A DNA stretch of 64,000 bases from an uncultured bacterium (GCA_963744715.1 CAVUUR010000009.1:29042-93041), one strand, 5' to 3'; positions 36,517 to 47,141 are shown, counted from the first letter of the stretch. Notes: generated by a model from the letters alone, not told the origin. Made by a program: numbers and translations.

Positions 36517-38127
36517 TTACGGGTTATTTTTTATGCATGCAGTTTTTGATTTTTTAACTGATTTTTTAGACGGTTGTTTTTTGGTTGATAGGCCGAGATG
36601 TGCAAGTTGTTTTTCAGCAGTAGTTTCTTGATCGTTTTTAATATCAAGCTTCGCTCCATGTTCTAGTAAAAGTTGGACCATTTCCTGTGAGCTTGCACTA
36701 TGAAGAGGTGTATTGAGTTTATAATCTTGAATATTAACGCGTGCATTATGCTTTAATAAAAATTCTGTTGTTGCAAGTAAATTTTTTTGTACCGCATAAT
36801 AAAGCAAGGTTTTTCTAGCACCATCGCGTACATTAATAAAATCAACAAAAGTTTTTGAAGCTCTTGTATAAAAATCTTCTAGTTGTTTTAAAATAGCATT
36901 GTCGCTTTTGGTTACTACCGTAGGATCTTGTGGTAAATCCATCATATGATCTCTAAGTTTTTCAAATTGATTTTTGATTAAAGGGTCAACTAGATTTTTT
37001 AATGGTTTATTATGATGTTCTTTGAAACGCTGAAGGGATTTTTGTGGATCTTCTACTACATAAGACCAAGTTCTTGGTGAAAGAACAGATAAAAAGGGCG
37101 TATTATTAAAACGTGAATCTACCCATGTGTGGTCGCTACCAAGATCAGTAACTGCTTTGCCACCAAATTGATTTATAAGTGTTTCTGATACTACATCACA
37201 ATGATTTGCTCCTGCATACATAATGGTATGATCGTAATCTGATGCAAAAATCTTAATCAAAAATTCAGCATCAGCAATTCTTACATAATGTTTATATAAT
37301 TCATTTAAAAACTGTTTCTTTATCGGATCTTGCTCAATTGATTGACGAAATTGTAGTACTTCAATATCAGGGTTTTGAGTAAGAATATCAGTAAAATAGA
37401 CATAAAGGGGTTTTACATGCTGATTAGAAAAATTTTGCCAAATTAATGATAGTGGTTGATCATAGGTTTTGAATGCATGGTTTTGAACTTCTTGCAAATC
37501 CAGGAATGCTTTAGATTGATTACCATATAATTCTTGTATATTTTTAGTATAAAGAGCTAGTTTTTGATTGAGATGAGGAACCTGTTCTATGGTTCCATCA
37601 TCACGTACTAGCGGCATCGTTGCGGATCGCAACTTGTCGATAGGTTGTAATAATATCTCAAATCGCCATGGGCTTATGCGATACGTATCACTACTTTTAA
37701 ACACAAGCGACTTTTTTTTGTCAGGACTGAACTCATCCATGATTTGATGTCCATATCTCAACCACAGTGCTCTTATAGGATCATTTATTGCTATTGATTT
37801 TGTTGGCGGTACGTATTCCCATAAAAGTTCTATCGGTTTTTTTTGTTCAGCTAATCTGCGCAAGGTTATAAGCAACGTTCTTTCTGCCGTCGTAAAAGCT
37901 TCTTTTTCTTCTTCTGCAAGATATTGTTGTTTCCCACGTGATGGGTTCTTCACTAATTCCTGAACAGCAATGTGTGTATCATATATTAAATCAATGGTTT
38001 TAATAATGGTTTTATTACCAGGGCTTGTAAGGATAATTCTTCTTAATCGAAAAGGATATGCAATGAGATACCCAGAACTCATAAGGAGAAGAATAGTGCA
38101 TACTATTTTTTTATATGCAATTACCAT
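36517..38127 (-). CDS. secreted/anchored ankyrin-repeat protein with unknown ~400-aa N-terminal domain
   Basis: 536 aa with N-terminal hydrophobic KIVCTILLLMSSGYLIA. C-terminal ANK repeats: GARKTLLYYAVQKNLLATTEFLLKHNARVNIQDYKLNTPLHSASSQEMVQLLLEHGAKLDIKN. It ends in a basic tail. Confidence 0.7.
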   Translation of the reverse strand: MVIAYKKIVCTILLLMSSGYLIAYPFRLRRIILTSPGNKTIIKTIDLIYDTHIAVQELVKNPSRGKQQYLAEEEKEAFTTAERTLLITLRRLAEQKKPIELLWEYVPPTKSIAINDPIRALWLRYGHQIMDEFSPDKKKSLVFKSSDTYRISPWRFEILLQPIDKLRSATMPLVRDDGTIEQVPHLNQKLALYTKNIQELYGNQSKAFLDLQEVQNHAFKTYDQPLSLIWQNFSNQHVKPLYVYFTDILTQNPDIEVLQFRQSIEQDPIKKQFLNELYKHYVRIADAEFLIKIFASDYDHTIMYAGANHCDVVSETLINQFGGKAVTDLGSDHTWVDSRFNNTPFLSVLSPRTWSYVVEDPQKSLQRFKEHHNKPLKNLVDPLIKNQFEKLRDHMMDLPQDPTVVTKSDNAILKQLEDFYTRASKTFVDFINVRDGARKTLLYYAVQKNLLATTEFLLKHNARVNIQDYKLNTPLHSASSQEMVQLLLEHGAKLDIKNDQETTAEKQLAHLGLSTKKQPSKKSVKKSKTACIKNNP

Positions 38128-38224
38128 GATAACCCTTTGTCGTTAATGCTATTAGCAATTTCTTTATTTAAGGTATCATGTATAGATAGTGAAATGCAAT
38201 AAAAAATAATCTGATATGAATTTT

Positions 38225-40468
38225 TTACGAGAGAGATTGAACAAATGCGGCTTTAATTTTTTTTAAGCCTGTTTTAAAGTGGACCGTTAGTACCGTTTCA
38301 TCATTGCGTTGTTCAATAGTTTTGATAATGCCAACACCAAAGGTTGCATGTTTAACGGATTGATAAGGTTTCCAGGAAACTTCCTTATCCGTTCGATGTG
38401 CACTAGTTCGGGTAATAGTACTACGTTCTTTTTTGTGTGCAGATCCAAAGGTTACCAATGAAGAAGGATGTATCGTTGTAGTGTTGAACAACCATTGTGA
38501 AAAAAATTCATTAAAATTGCTTTCATTCCAATAAGAACAATCAACACGTTGTGCTAAATGATCAGGAATTTCATTTAAAAATCGTGAGCATACTTGATCA
38601 GTCATGGTGCCAAAGGTATAACGATACCGTGCATGCGATAATAATAAACGCTCTTTTGCGCGCGTAATACCTACATAAAAAAGACGCCGTTCTTCTTCTA
38701 TAGTTTCTTGTTGTTGTATTGAATGCATGCTTGGGAATAATCCCTCTTCAAGGCCGGTTAAGCATACCGTATCAAATTCCAATCCTTTTGCCGCATGAAG
38801 GGTCATTAATTGCACCTTATGCTCTGCATTATTATCTGATGCTATTTTTTCTTGCATGAGTGCAACATGGTTAAGAAAATCAAGAGCAGTTGTTAATCCA
38901 TTTTGTTCAAAATGTGCCATTGCTCGTAATAATTCTTTAACGTTGTCAATTTTTGCTTCCGCTTCTTGTTTATCAAATGCATTATGCAAATAATTGAAAT
39001 AATGTATTTTTTCGATGATTGATTCGAGTAATTCGCGCGGTTTATCAAGAGCAGTTTTACCTTCAAATAACCGTAAAAATTCTTTTAAGGTAGTTTTTTT
39101 TGATGCTGGAATAAGATCTTTCTTAATTAAAAAATCAGCTACATCAGCATAGTTATAAAATGGTTGTTGATCCCATTGCTCTACAAAAAAATCTTGGAAT
39201 TTGTCGCCCAATCCACGATGCGGACAATTTATAATGCGCAATAATGAAACCCGATCAAAAGGATTAACCACGATGCGGATATAGGCCAAAAGATCTTTTA
39301 TTTCTTTTCGTTCATAAAATTGAATGCCGCCAATGATCGTATACGGAATTGAATTTCTAATTAATGCCTCTTCAATAGCGCGTGATTGATAATGTGCTCG
39401 ATATAAAATGGCACAGGTATTTAATGAATATTTTTTTTTCAACTGTTTTAATGCATGGCAAATAGCATCACCTTCTTGATAGCCAGAATTGCAATGAAGG
39501 ATACGAATGCGATCATGAGCATTGCGCTCAGACCATAACTCTTTAGGATTGCGTTGTTTGTTATGATTTATAACCGTATTAGCCGCTTGTAAAATTGGCA
39601 GAACTGAACGGTAATTTTGTTCAATAGTAATAACCGTAGTATCTGGAAAATCACGATTAAAATTAAGAATATTAGCAACCGTTGCGCCACGCCAGGAATA
39701 AATTGATTGATCTTCATCACCAACAACGCACAGTGAATCGATATTAAACTGTTTATTTTTTAAGGTCATTGCTTTTAATAATTCATGTTGCACAACGTTA
39801 GTATCCTGATACTCATCTACCAAAATATGCCGAACGGTTTGTTGAAACTGTTCTTTAAACGTAGTATTGGTAGAAAATAAATTCAGAATTTGTAGTAGAA
39901 GATCATCAAAATCAAAACATTTGCTTTGCCGTTTTGCTTGTTCATACAATTGATAGATTTGTTTAACGAGTGGATCGATATACGCAGTATCATCGGGAAT
40001 ATTATTTTTCAATGAACTGATGTGATACAATACTTGTTTGACACTCATCCGTTTTTCAAGTCCTGCCTTTTTTACAAGACTCGTTACTAACGCTTGTTGA
40101 TCATCAGCATCTAAAATCGTAAATTGATCGATGCCAAGTAAGTTTGCATGTAATTTTAATAAATATAAACAGTACGCGTGAAAGGTGCCAATAAACGGTT
40201 TTCTGCTACCAACGGGAAGAAATTCTGCAATCCGTTCCTTCATTTCTCCGGCGGCTTTGTTGGTAAACGTTAATGCAATAATGCGTTCGGCACCAATATG
40301 CTCATTAAGTATTAAGTGAACGATGCGTGTTGTAATAACGCGGGTTTTGCCCGAGCCGGCACCAGCAATAACAAGCAACGGGCCTTGTGTATGCACAACC
40401 GCTTTTTGTTGTTCACTATTTAAATTGATCGAAAAAAAATTGTGATTAGTAGTATCTTCTTCACGCAT
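38225..40468 (-). CDS. pcrA: ATP-dependent DNA helicase PcrA/UvrD
   Basis: 747 aa with LNSEQQKAV, Walker A AGAGSGKTRVIT, the DEYQDTN box, VGDEDQSIYSWRGA and TLHAAKGLEFD. It has a C-terminal Tudor-like tail (FGVGIIKTIE...). Confidence 0.9.
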   Translation of the reverse strand: MREEDTTNHNFFSINLNSEQQKAVVHTQGPLLVIAGAGSGKTRVITTRIVHLILNEHIGAERIIALTFTNKAAGEMKERIAEFLPVGSRKPFIGTFHAYCLYLLKLHANLLGIDQFTILDADDQQALVTSLVKKAGLEKRMSVKQVLYHISSLKNNIPDDTAYIDPLVKQIYQLYEQAKRQSKCFDFDDLLLQILNLFSTNTTFKEQFQQTVRHILVDEYQDTNVVQHELLKAMTLKNKQFNIDSLCVVGDEDQSIYSWRGATVANILNFNRDFPDTTVITIEQNYRSVLPILQAANTVINHNKQRNPKELWSERNAHDRIRILHCNSGYQEGDAICHALKQLKKKYSLNTCAILYRAHYQSRAIEEALIRNSIPYTIIGGIQFYERKEIKDLLAYIRIVVNPFDRVSLLRIINCPHRGLGDKFQDFFVEQWDQQPFYNYADVADFLIKKDLIPASKKTTLKEFLRLFEGKTALDKPRELLESIIEKIHYFNYLHNAFDKQEAEAKIDNVKELLRAMAHFEQNGLTTALDFLNHVALMQEKIASDNNAEHKVQLMTLHAAKGLEFDTVCLTGLEEGLFPSMHSIQQQETIEEERRLFYVGITRAKERLLLSHARYRYTFGTMTDQVCSRFLNEIPDHLAQRVDCSYWNESNFNEFFSQWLFNTTTIHPSSLVTFGSAHKKERSTITRTSAHRTDKEVSWKPYQSVKHATFGVGIIKTIEQRNDETVLTVHFKTGLKKIKAAFVQSLS

Positions 40469-40522
40469 GCACTTAGTGTAAAATATTTTTGTAATTAGTG
40501 AAGAAATTTCCGTTGATTATGC

Positions 40523-40565
40523 AAAAAATGTGACAAGGGAGTACAAAAAATTACTCCCTTGTTAC
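40523..40565 (-). terminator. rho-independent terminator downstream of the coiled-coil gene
   Basis: The minus-strand RNA reads GUAACAAGGGAGUA-loop-UACUCCCUUGUCAC, an 11-bp perfect core (plus-strand 40533-40543 and 40552-40562), followed by A plus U6. Confidence 0.7.
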
Positions 40566-40574
40566 ATGTGTATA

Positions 40575-41561
40575 TTATTTTGAGCCCGTTAAAAACGCTG
40601 GTGTAAGATTGCCTAATAAATATGAACCCCAACCGTCTTCTGTTTCATTCTCCAATCTTTTTTTCATGTGGGCATATTCAGCTAAAAGTTTTTGGTGTTT
40701 ATTTTTAAGTTCTTTAATAAGCGATTCATTATTTTTTAAACTTTCGCCTTTTTGGAAGCGTTCTTCTACCGATGATTGCGGAGTTAATTGTTTTCTGATT
40801 TCTTCATTATTTTCTAAGGTTCGTTTGATTACTGCTTCTAAGCGTTTTATTTCGAGATCTAATCGATCCTTGCGTGTAGATCTTCTTTCCTCTAATATAT
40901 CGTTTGCGTTTTCTATGCAAACAGTTGTTAAATCAATATTCTCTATTTCTTTTGCAATGGTATCTCGTTGTAACTTTAGTTTTGTAATTCCGTCTTCTAG
41001 TTGTTTTTTTTGACCCATTATTGCTAATATTTGTTTATCAATATTGGAATCTTCTTCTTGTTTGAATTTTTTTAAGGCTTCTTGCTCTTGCCGTACTTTT
41101 TTATTTGATTGAATTCTTAATGATTTTTTCTTGAAATATTGATAATCAATATCGTCAACTTTAGGTTGATTTTCATCATCACTTAAATCGTCAGCTAATC
41201 CATATAAGTTATTTTTTACTTTTTCCTTATCATGATTTTGAAGTTTTTTAAGAGCTAGATAGTGTTTTTTTAATTGGAGTACAAGATTTTGTTTGTTAGG
41301 ATTTTGTTCCAATAAGTATGTAGTTATCCGAATTACCTGTGTTCGTAGCGATATCATTTCTTGTGGGTTATTTAATTTTTTTTTCTCTTTGATTTGTTTG
41401 TGCATTGAAGTTAATTCTTCCCATAAATTTTGCGATTCATCTTGAGCTTGTATCGGTTGATTTGTTATGGTCAAAGCATCTAATTGATTACTGATATCCA
41501 TTGCGTATACGCTGTGCAACGAAGTTATTGCAAATATGGAAAAAATAATAGATTTGTTCAT
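40575..41561 (-). CDS. hypothetical secreted coiled-coil protein
   Basis: Start taken at MNKSIIFSIFAITSLHSVYA (signal peptide). The rest is a K/E/Q-rich heptad-like sequence with a hydrophobic C-terminal end. Confidence 0.5.
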   Translation of the reverse strand: MNKSIIFSIFAITSLHSVYAMDISNQLDALTITNQPIQAQDESQNLWEELTSMHKQIKEKKKLNNPQEMISLRTQVIRITTYLLEQNPNKQNLVLQLKKHYLALKKLQNHDKEKVKNNLYGLADDLSDDENQPKVDDIDYQYFKKKSLRIQSNKKVRQEQEALKKFKQEEDSNIDKQILAIMGQKKQLEDGITKLKLQRDTIAKEIENIDLTTVCIENANDILEERRSTRKDRLDLEIKRLEAVIKRTLENNEEIRKQLTPQSSVEERFQKGESLKNNESLIKELKNKHQKLLAEYAHMKKRLENETEDGWGSYLLGNLTPAFLTGSK

Positions 41562-41672
41562 AAAAGAAACCCTTTTTTTAAGAAGATGAGACATCAATAC
41601 TAAACACACCATAATGTAGTATGGTTATATATTAAATTGCTAGATTAGTATAGAATTTGATAACTGATTTTT

Positions 41673-42782
41673 TTATTCTGGTTTCCAGGTATCGAGGTAA
41701 TCAATCAATGGTTGCAAGCCTTGTGCAGTTAAGGCAGAAATTACCACATGCGGTTGATATTGCATAAGAGCTTCTTGCACTTGAGGAGTCATGGTTACTT
41801 TGTCAATTTTATTAAATACGTAGAGTATTTTTTTATCAACATCTAAATCATGTAAAATGGTGTGCACAATAGTTATTTGCTGTTGCCACGTTGGATCAGA
41901 AATATCAACGACATGAAGCAACAAATTGGCATATTGCAATTCTGACAATGTTGATTTAAATGCTTCTATTAAATGGTGTGGCAATTGTTGAATAAAGCCA
42001 ACGGTGTCTGAAATGAGTCCTTTTTTAACACTATTAATAAAAAGTTCTCGCGTTGTGGTATCAAGGGTTGCGAAAAGTTTATCTTCTGCCAATACATTAC
42101 TTTTAGTGAGCATATTAAGAATGGTTGATTTGCCCGTATTGGTGTAGCCAACTAAGCAAAAAAGTGGAATATTACTTTTTAACCGTTGTTTGCGTTGTGT
42201 TTCACGCGTTTTGTGTAATTGTTCTAAATGTTTCTTTAATTTTAAAATATGTTCTTCAATGTGGCGACGTTCTTTTTCTTTGGCGGTTTCACCAAAACCA
42301 CCACGAATTCCCATAACACCCGATTGTTGAGATAAATGAATTCCTTTTCCAGAAAGACGGGATTTTCGGTACTCTAACGAAGCAATATTAATTTGAGCTT
42401 TTGCTTCCGCCGAATGTGCAGCTTTTTCAAAAATTTCTAAAATTAATTCGGTGCGATCAAATATTCTACAGTGGAGATAATCGGCAAGGTTGCGTTCTTG
42501 CTGTGGGCTCAATGGCTCTGAAATAACAACTTCATCAATATTTTTTTCATCACATACTTTTTTTATTGCGTCAAGGTGCCCTTCGGTAATAAAGGTTCCA
42601 GCATCAATAGTGCGTAATTTGATATACATAATATCATCATATTGAAGGCCATTGGATCTTACCAGATTAACAAATTCTTCATAATATGATTGAAGGTAGC
42701 CGGTTTTATTGTAAGGAGCTTGAATTGCGACTAATAAAATTTTAGGGCGATAATCAGAAGCTTGGTAGTGGGTATGTGCCAT
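41673..42782 (-). CDS. hflX: GTPase HflX
   Basis: N-terminal HflX domain (KILLVAIQ...), G1 LVGYTNTGKSTILN, G3 DTVGFI and G4 NKID. Start taken at MAHTHYQ; the ORF track extends to 42830. Confidence 0.85.
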   Translation of the reverse strand: MAHTHYQASDYRPKILLVAIQAPYNKTGYLQSYYEEFVNLVRSNGLQYDDIMYIKLRTIDAGTFITEGHLDAIKKVCDEKNIDEVVISEPLSPQQERNLADYLHCRIFDRTELILEIFEKAAHSAEAKAQINIASLEYRKSRLSGKGIHLSQQSGVMGIRGGFGETAKEKERRHIEEHILKLKKHLEQLHKTRETQRKQRLKSNIPLFCLVGYTNTGKSTILNMLTKSNVLAEDKLFATLDTTTRELFINSVKKGLISDTVGFIQQLPHHLIEAFKSTLSELQYANLLLHVVDISDPTWQQQITIVHTILHDLDVDKKILYVFNKIDKVTMTPQVQEALMQYQPHVVISALTAQGLQPLIDYLDTWKPE

Positions 42783-42960
42783 GGGTGTATTACCTAAAAA
42801 AAGTACAATAGTTATTTCTACTGGTAGCATACGTGAATTATCGGTAAAAGGAAAGGGGTTGAATTGCTGCGATGGACTTTATTTTATCTTCTTTTCTGAT
42901 ATACTGAGCGTATAAATTAATGTTATTCAAAGTACCTGTTACATTATCTGATAAAAAACT

Positions 42961-44292
42961 ATGTTTACCTCGTTATCCAGTACCTTTTCTTCTATTTTTT
43001 CTCGTATTACCGGGCAACGGTATTTAAGTGAAAAAAATATTGAACAAACGATTGCTCAGGTTCAGCAAGCACTTATTGAAGCTGACGTTCCTTATGCGGT
43101 TGTCCAAAAATTTATTGAAGAAATAAAACATGAGGTTATAGGTCAAAAGGTGCGTTCATCCCTGAATGCGGGAGAACAACTCATTAAGATTGTCCATGAT
43201 AAACTGGTCGTTTTTTTAGGTAGTAAAACCGATAGTTCCCTGTCTGCGTTTTCCAATCCAGGAATTGTTATAGTGATGGGTTTGCAGGGTTCCGGTAAAA
43301 CAACAACTATTGGTAAAATAGCCCATAATCTGCTTGAGCAGGCAAAAGCGAACGGAAAATCGGTAAAAATTGCTTTTGCTTCCGTTGATTTTTATCGGCC
43401 TGCCGCCAGAGAACAATTGGAAATATTGGCGCAAAAAGTAGGGGCTGCTTGGTTTAATTGCGCAAGCACGGATCCTTTGCGAGCTGCACAGGATGCGTTG
43501 GCATACTACAAACATAACAAGGTTGACCTTCTTTTTCTTGATACGGCGGGGCGTTTGCACGTTGATCGAGCTATGCTTGATGAGTTAAAAGCTATTACTA
43601 ATGCCGTTAACCCTCATTACAAATTATTAGTATTGGATGCCATGACCGGCCAAGAATCTTTACGCGTTGCGCAGGCATTTGATCAAGAAATTGGATTTAA
43701 TGCAGGCATTTTAACAAAACTTGATAGTGATACGCGTGCGGGTGCTGCATTTGCTTTTCGTTATCAGATACAAAAACCGCTTATTTTTGTAGGAACCGGG
43801 GAAAAAATGGAAGATTTAGAGCCATTTAGGCCGGAGCGTATTGCCAGTCGAATGCTTGGCATGGGGGATGTGCAAAGTTTACTTGAACGAGCGAAACAAA
43901 AAATTAAGCAAGAAGATCAAAAAGAAGCAGAGCAAGCTTTTTTGAAGGGGGAATTAACACTCCAAGATTTTTCCAAGCAAATGGATATGTTAAGTCGATT
44001 GGGGTCGATTTCCAGTGTTTTACAATATATACCAGGTATGAATGCTGCTAAACTATCTCCTGATATGATTGCTCAGGGAGAAAAACAGATAAAAAGGTTT
44101 AAGGCTATTGTATCTTCGATGACCTTAAAAGAACGGTTGAATACTGGATTGCTTAATAGTTCTAGGAAGCAACGGATTGCCAAAGGGGCAGGAGTTGCAG
44201 TTTCAGAAATCAATCTTTTGTTAGAACGATTTGAACAAACTAAGCATTTTGTTAAACTTTTTAAGAAGTCAGGACGTTTTCCTGGTTTTTAA
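42961..44292 (+). CDS. ffh: signal recognition particle protein Ffh (SRP54)
   Basis: 443 aa with [20 protein letters not shown] and [12 protein letters not shown], plus an M-domain (LGMGDV...). Confidence 0.95.
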   Translation: MFTSLSSTFSSIFSRITGQRYLSEKNIEQTIAQVQQALIEADVPYAVVQKFIEEIKHEVIGQKVRSSLNAGEQLIKIVHDKLVVFLGSKTDSSLSAFSNPGIVIVMGLQGSGKTTTIGKIAHNLLEQAKANGKSVKIAFASVDFYRPAAREQLEILAQKVGAAWFNCASTDPLRAAQDALAYYKHNKVDLLFLDTAGRLHVDRAMLDELKAITNAVNPHYKLLVLDAMTGQESLRVAQAFDQEIGFNAGILTKLDSDTRAGAAFAFRYQIQKPLIFVGTGEKMEDLEPFRPERIASRMLGMGDVQSLLERAKQKIKQEDQKEAEQAFLKGELTLQDFSKQMDMLSRLGSISSVLQYIPGMNAAKLSPDMIAQGEKQIKRFKAIVSSMTLKERLNTGLLNSSRKQRIAKGAGVAVSEINLLLERFEQTKHFVKLFKKSGRFPGF

Positions 44293-44333
44293 TGATTGAT
44301 ACATTATTATTTTATTATGAAAGGATTAACTGC

Positions 44334-44582
44334 ATGTCAGTTAAAATTAGATTAGCACGTTTGGGTAAAAAAAATGCTCCCTTTTTTCGTATTGTAGCTA
44401 TCGATTCACGTAAAAAACGTGATGGTAAATTTATTGAAGATTTGGGCACCTATAACCCATTAACGGGCCAATTGGTAAAGTTCCATGAAGAACGTATTAA
44501 CGATTGGATTAGCAAGGGCGCGATACCTTCTCCTACCGTTCGTAGACTTCATAAAGAACATAAGAAAATAGATCAAAATTAG
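44334..44582 (+). CDS. rpsP: 30S ribosomal protein S16
   Basis: [42 protein letters not shown] is the S16 signature. ATG at 44334. Confidence 0.95.
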   Translation: MSVKIRLARLGKKNAPFFRIVAIDSRKKRDGKFIEDLGTYNPLTGQLVKFHEERINDWISKGAIPSPTVRRLHKEHKKIDQN

Positions 44583-44592
44583 GTTAATATTC

Positions 44593-44826
44593 ATGTTAAA
44601 ACAGTTAGTTGATTACGTGGTTAGGCAATTAGTGGACAAGCCTGAAAATGTTCTTGTAGAAGTTTTTGATGAAACATCTCAGGTAGTTGTCCATATAAAG
44701 GTTGCGCTTGATGATTTTAAACGTGTTATTGGTAAAGATGGACGCGTTATAAAGGCCATTAGAGCTATGGCTTTTATTGTTAACCCTTCTCCTGAAAAGC
44801 AAATTATTGTTGATATTGTAAAATAA
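44593..44826 (+). CDS. KH-domain RNA-binding protein (YlqC/UPF0109 family)
   Basis: 77 aa with RVIGKDGRVIKAIRAM (KH GxxG-type motif). Conserved position between rpsP and trmD. Confidence 0.8.
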   Translation: MLKQLVDYVVRQLVDKPENVLVEVFDETSQVVVHIKVALDDFKRVIGKDGRVIKAIRAMAFIVNPSPEKQIIVDIVK

Positions 44827-46149
44827 ATGAATATTTCTATTCTCAGCGTATTTCCAGAGCTTTACGAATCATTTCTCAACACCAGTCTTATTAAGCGTGC
44901 TCAGGATCAAGGATTAATTACCTGCTCACGCAATAGCTTTTTTTCTTTTGTTCAGCCAAAAGAACGGATTGATGGACCGGTATTTGGGCATAGTTCAGGT
45001 ATGGTTATCAAGCCAGAGGTTGTTCAGCGAGCTATTGCAGAGAGAGAAAAACAGGCCGGCAAAGCATTTAAAATATTTTTTTCTCCTCACGGTAAAAAAA
45101 TAGATCAGCCGTTGCTTGGTACCCTTGCAGCCATGATGCAAAATATTGATCATCTTATGTTGGTTGCTGGGCGGTATGAAGGTATGGACGCGCGCATCGA
45201 AGAGGAATATGCAGATTTGATACTATCGGTTGGCGATTTTGTTGTTATGGGGGGCGATATTCCGGCTATGCTTTTTTTAGAAGGGTTATTGCGCTTGTTG
45301 CCAGGAGTCGTTGGTAAAAAAGAATCAATAGAACACGAATCTTTTTCCGGGCCTTTTTTGGATTATCCTTCATATACTACTCCGGTGGTTTGGGAAAAAC
45401 GTGAGGTTCCCGCGGTGCTTCGTTCTGGTAATCATGCTGCAATTGAACAGTGGCAAGAGCAGACTGCTGCACAAAAAACGGTTTTAACGCATTTTGACTG
45501 GTTAAAATCGCATGCTATGAATGAGGACCAAAAACAGTTAGCGCATTCATGTATCCCTTCGCACTATATAGCATTATTACATGATGAAATTGTATTGCCC
45601 CATAATATTGTTGGCACCACCTCAGTAACTTCTATGGATATTCATGATATTGCTCGGTCGGCAAAAACCTATGGATTAAAAAATTATAGTATTGTTACGC
45701 CTCTTATTGATCAACAAAAGATTGTTCGTACACTCCTTGATTTTTGGCAGGAAGGACATGGTATCGATTATAATAAACAGCGCCATGAAGCAATCAAATC
45801 GGTAACGCTGTGTTCAACGTTAGATGAAGTTATTGCTTTTATTGAAGAGCAAGAAGGTAAAAAGCCACTACTTATCAGTACGTCAGCCCGGTCATTGAAA
45901 CATCAGAATCTCATTACGTATCAAGATCAGGATTATGTATGGCAAGAACAAAGACCGGTTTTATTTATTTTTGGAACGGGTAAGGGGCTTGCCCAACAGG
46001 TAATCGATCGCTGTGATTACCTATTATTACCCCTTAAAGGGTTCACCGATTTTAATCATTTATCGGTAAGATCGGCAGTTGCTGTCATTCTTGATCGATG
46101 GCTTGGCATCCAACCTGACATGATAATGCAGAGGAGATTGGCAAAATGA
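44827..46149 (+). CDS. trmD: tRNA (guanine37-N1)-methyltransferase TrmD fused to a second putative SPOUT-type RNA methyltransferase domain
   Basis: Residues 1-~245 align to E. coli TrmD (SVFPELY, FFSPHGKKIDQ, AGRYEGMDARI, SVGDFVVMGGDIPAM, LRSGNHAAIEQW). Residues ~250-440 (VTSMDIHDIARSAKTYGLKNYSIVTP...LFIFGTGKGL...FNHLSVRSAVAVILDRWLG) resemble the predicted SAM-dependent RNA methyltransferase family Methyltrn_RNA_4, from memory. Confidence 0.75.
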   Translation: MNISILSVFPELYESFLNTSLIKRAQDQGLITCSRNSFFSFVQPKERIDGPVFGHSSGMVIKPEVVQRAIAEREKQAGKAFKIFFSPHGKKIDQPLLGTLAAMMQNIDHLMLVAGRYEGMDARIEEEYADLILSVGDFVVMGGDIPAMLFLEGLLRLLPGVVGKKESIEHESFSGPFLDYPSYTTPVVWEKREVPAVLRSGNHAAIEQWQEQTAAQKTVLTHFDWLKSHAMNEDQKQLAHSCIPSHYIALLHDEIVLPHNIVGTTSVTSMDIHDIARSAKTYGLKNYSIVTPLIDQQKIVRTLLDFWQEGHGIDYNKQRHEAIKSVTLCSTLDEVIAFIEEQEGKKPLLISTSARSLKHQNLITYQDQDYVWQEQRPVLFIFGTGKGLAQQVIDRCDYLLLPLKGFTDFNHLSVRSAVAVILDRWLGIQPDMIMQRRLAK

Positions 46150-46226
46150 TATTTTTTTGGTTATACTAAACAGTATAAAAAGCATACAGAATTGAATTAT
46201 TACACTATTTTAAGGAATAGCAAAGC

Positions 46227-46646
46227 ATGAAAGCGCAAAAATATACACGAGAAACGATTCGTGATCTAGGTATAAAAGATAGAAATTTCCCTTCTTTTAA
46301 TGTTGGCGATACCGTTGCTATTTCACAACGAATCAAAGAATGGGATGAAAAGAAAAAAGAATACAAAGAACGTATTCAAGTTTTTGAAGGCGATGTTATC
46401 TGCAAACATAAAAATGGTATTGCTTCAACCTTTACCGTACGTAAAATTGGTGCAAATGCTGTTGCCGTAGAAAGAATTTTCCCCTATTATTCACCACTCA
46501 TTGACTCAATTGCCTTTGTTCGTAAAGGAAAAGTTCGTCGTGCTAAGTTATACTACATGAGAAAACGTGTTGGTAAAGCAGCTCGCGTTGAAGAACTTGT
46601 TATGAGCAAGCAAGATCGAGACAAAAAAGAAGCATCCGCAGAATAA
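46227..46646 (+). CDS. rplS: 50S ribosomal protein L19
   Basis: 139 aa. [15 protein letters not shown]...[44 protein letters not shown] is L19, and it follows trmD as usual. Confidence 0.9.
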   Translation: MKAQKYTRETIRDLGIKDRNFPSFNVGDTVAISQRIKEWDEKKKEYKERIQVFEGDVICKHKNGIASTFTVRKIGANAVAVERIFPYYSPLIDSIAFVRKGKVRRAKLYYMRKRVGKAARVEELVMSKQDRDKKEASAE

Positions 46647-46724
46647 ATAGAATATGAAAATAAAAAACATTATCAAGCATGTGATGCATTTTATCTTATG
46701 CCTGATAGATGTAATATTGTTTAT

Positions 46725-47138
46725 ATGAAAAAAATACTATTACTGGTAGGTGTACTATTATTTTGTATACCCGGTTGTACTATTAATCAGAAAAAAAAAC
46801 GTAAAAGGGATTTTATGTGGGTTGAGCAAGAGGCGCGACTCCATGATATCCCTGTTTTGTTACATGCGCGGCCGATTTCTTTGACCGTTCCTAAACATGA
46901 GCCATCATTGGATTCTTCTGACATCGGTATGAAATATAACGTTTCCGGTATAACCTTGCATGAAGCACAAGTCTTTTATCTACAGGAAATGGAGCGATTA
47001 GGATGGGAGTCTAGCCATACCTTCATACTAACAGAAGAAATGTTACTATTATTCCAGAAACCACACAGCAGCGCAGCTATTTCATTGCGTCCCAAGGTTG
47101 GCAATGTGCACGTGGTTGTATTTGTTCAACGTAAATAG
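46725..47138 (+). CDS. hypothetical lipoprotein
   Basis: MKKILLLVGVLLFCIPGC has a lipobox-like IPGC. No family recognised. Confidence 0.5.
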   Translation: MKKILLLVGVLLFCIPGCTINQKKKRKRDFMWVEQEARLHDIPVLLHARPISLTVPKHEPSLDSSDIGMKYNVSGITLHEAQVFYLQEMERLGWESSHTFILTEEMLLLFQKPHSSAAISLRPKVGNVHVVVFVQRK

Positions 47139-47141
47139 TTT

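Noticed and set aside
36362-36631. ORF 36362-36631 (+) as a gene between the Skp1-WD40 and ankyrin genes
   Set aside because: It overlaps the minus-strand promoter region and the 3' end of the ankyrin gene in antisense. It has no RBS and its sequence is hydrophobic and low-complexity.
36900-38050. Tiki/TraB/ChaN-like metalloprotease fold for the N-terminal domain of the ankyrin protein (YDTH and GANH resembling the paired GxxH motifs)
   Set aside because: This rests on two tetrapeptides only, and the first lacks the Gly. It cannot be supported without a profile or structure comparison.
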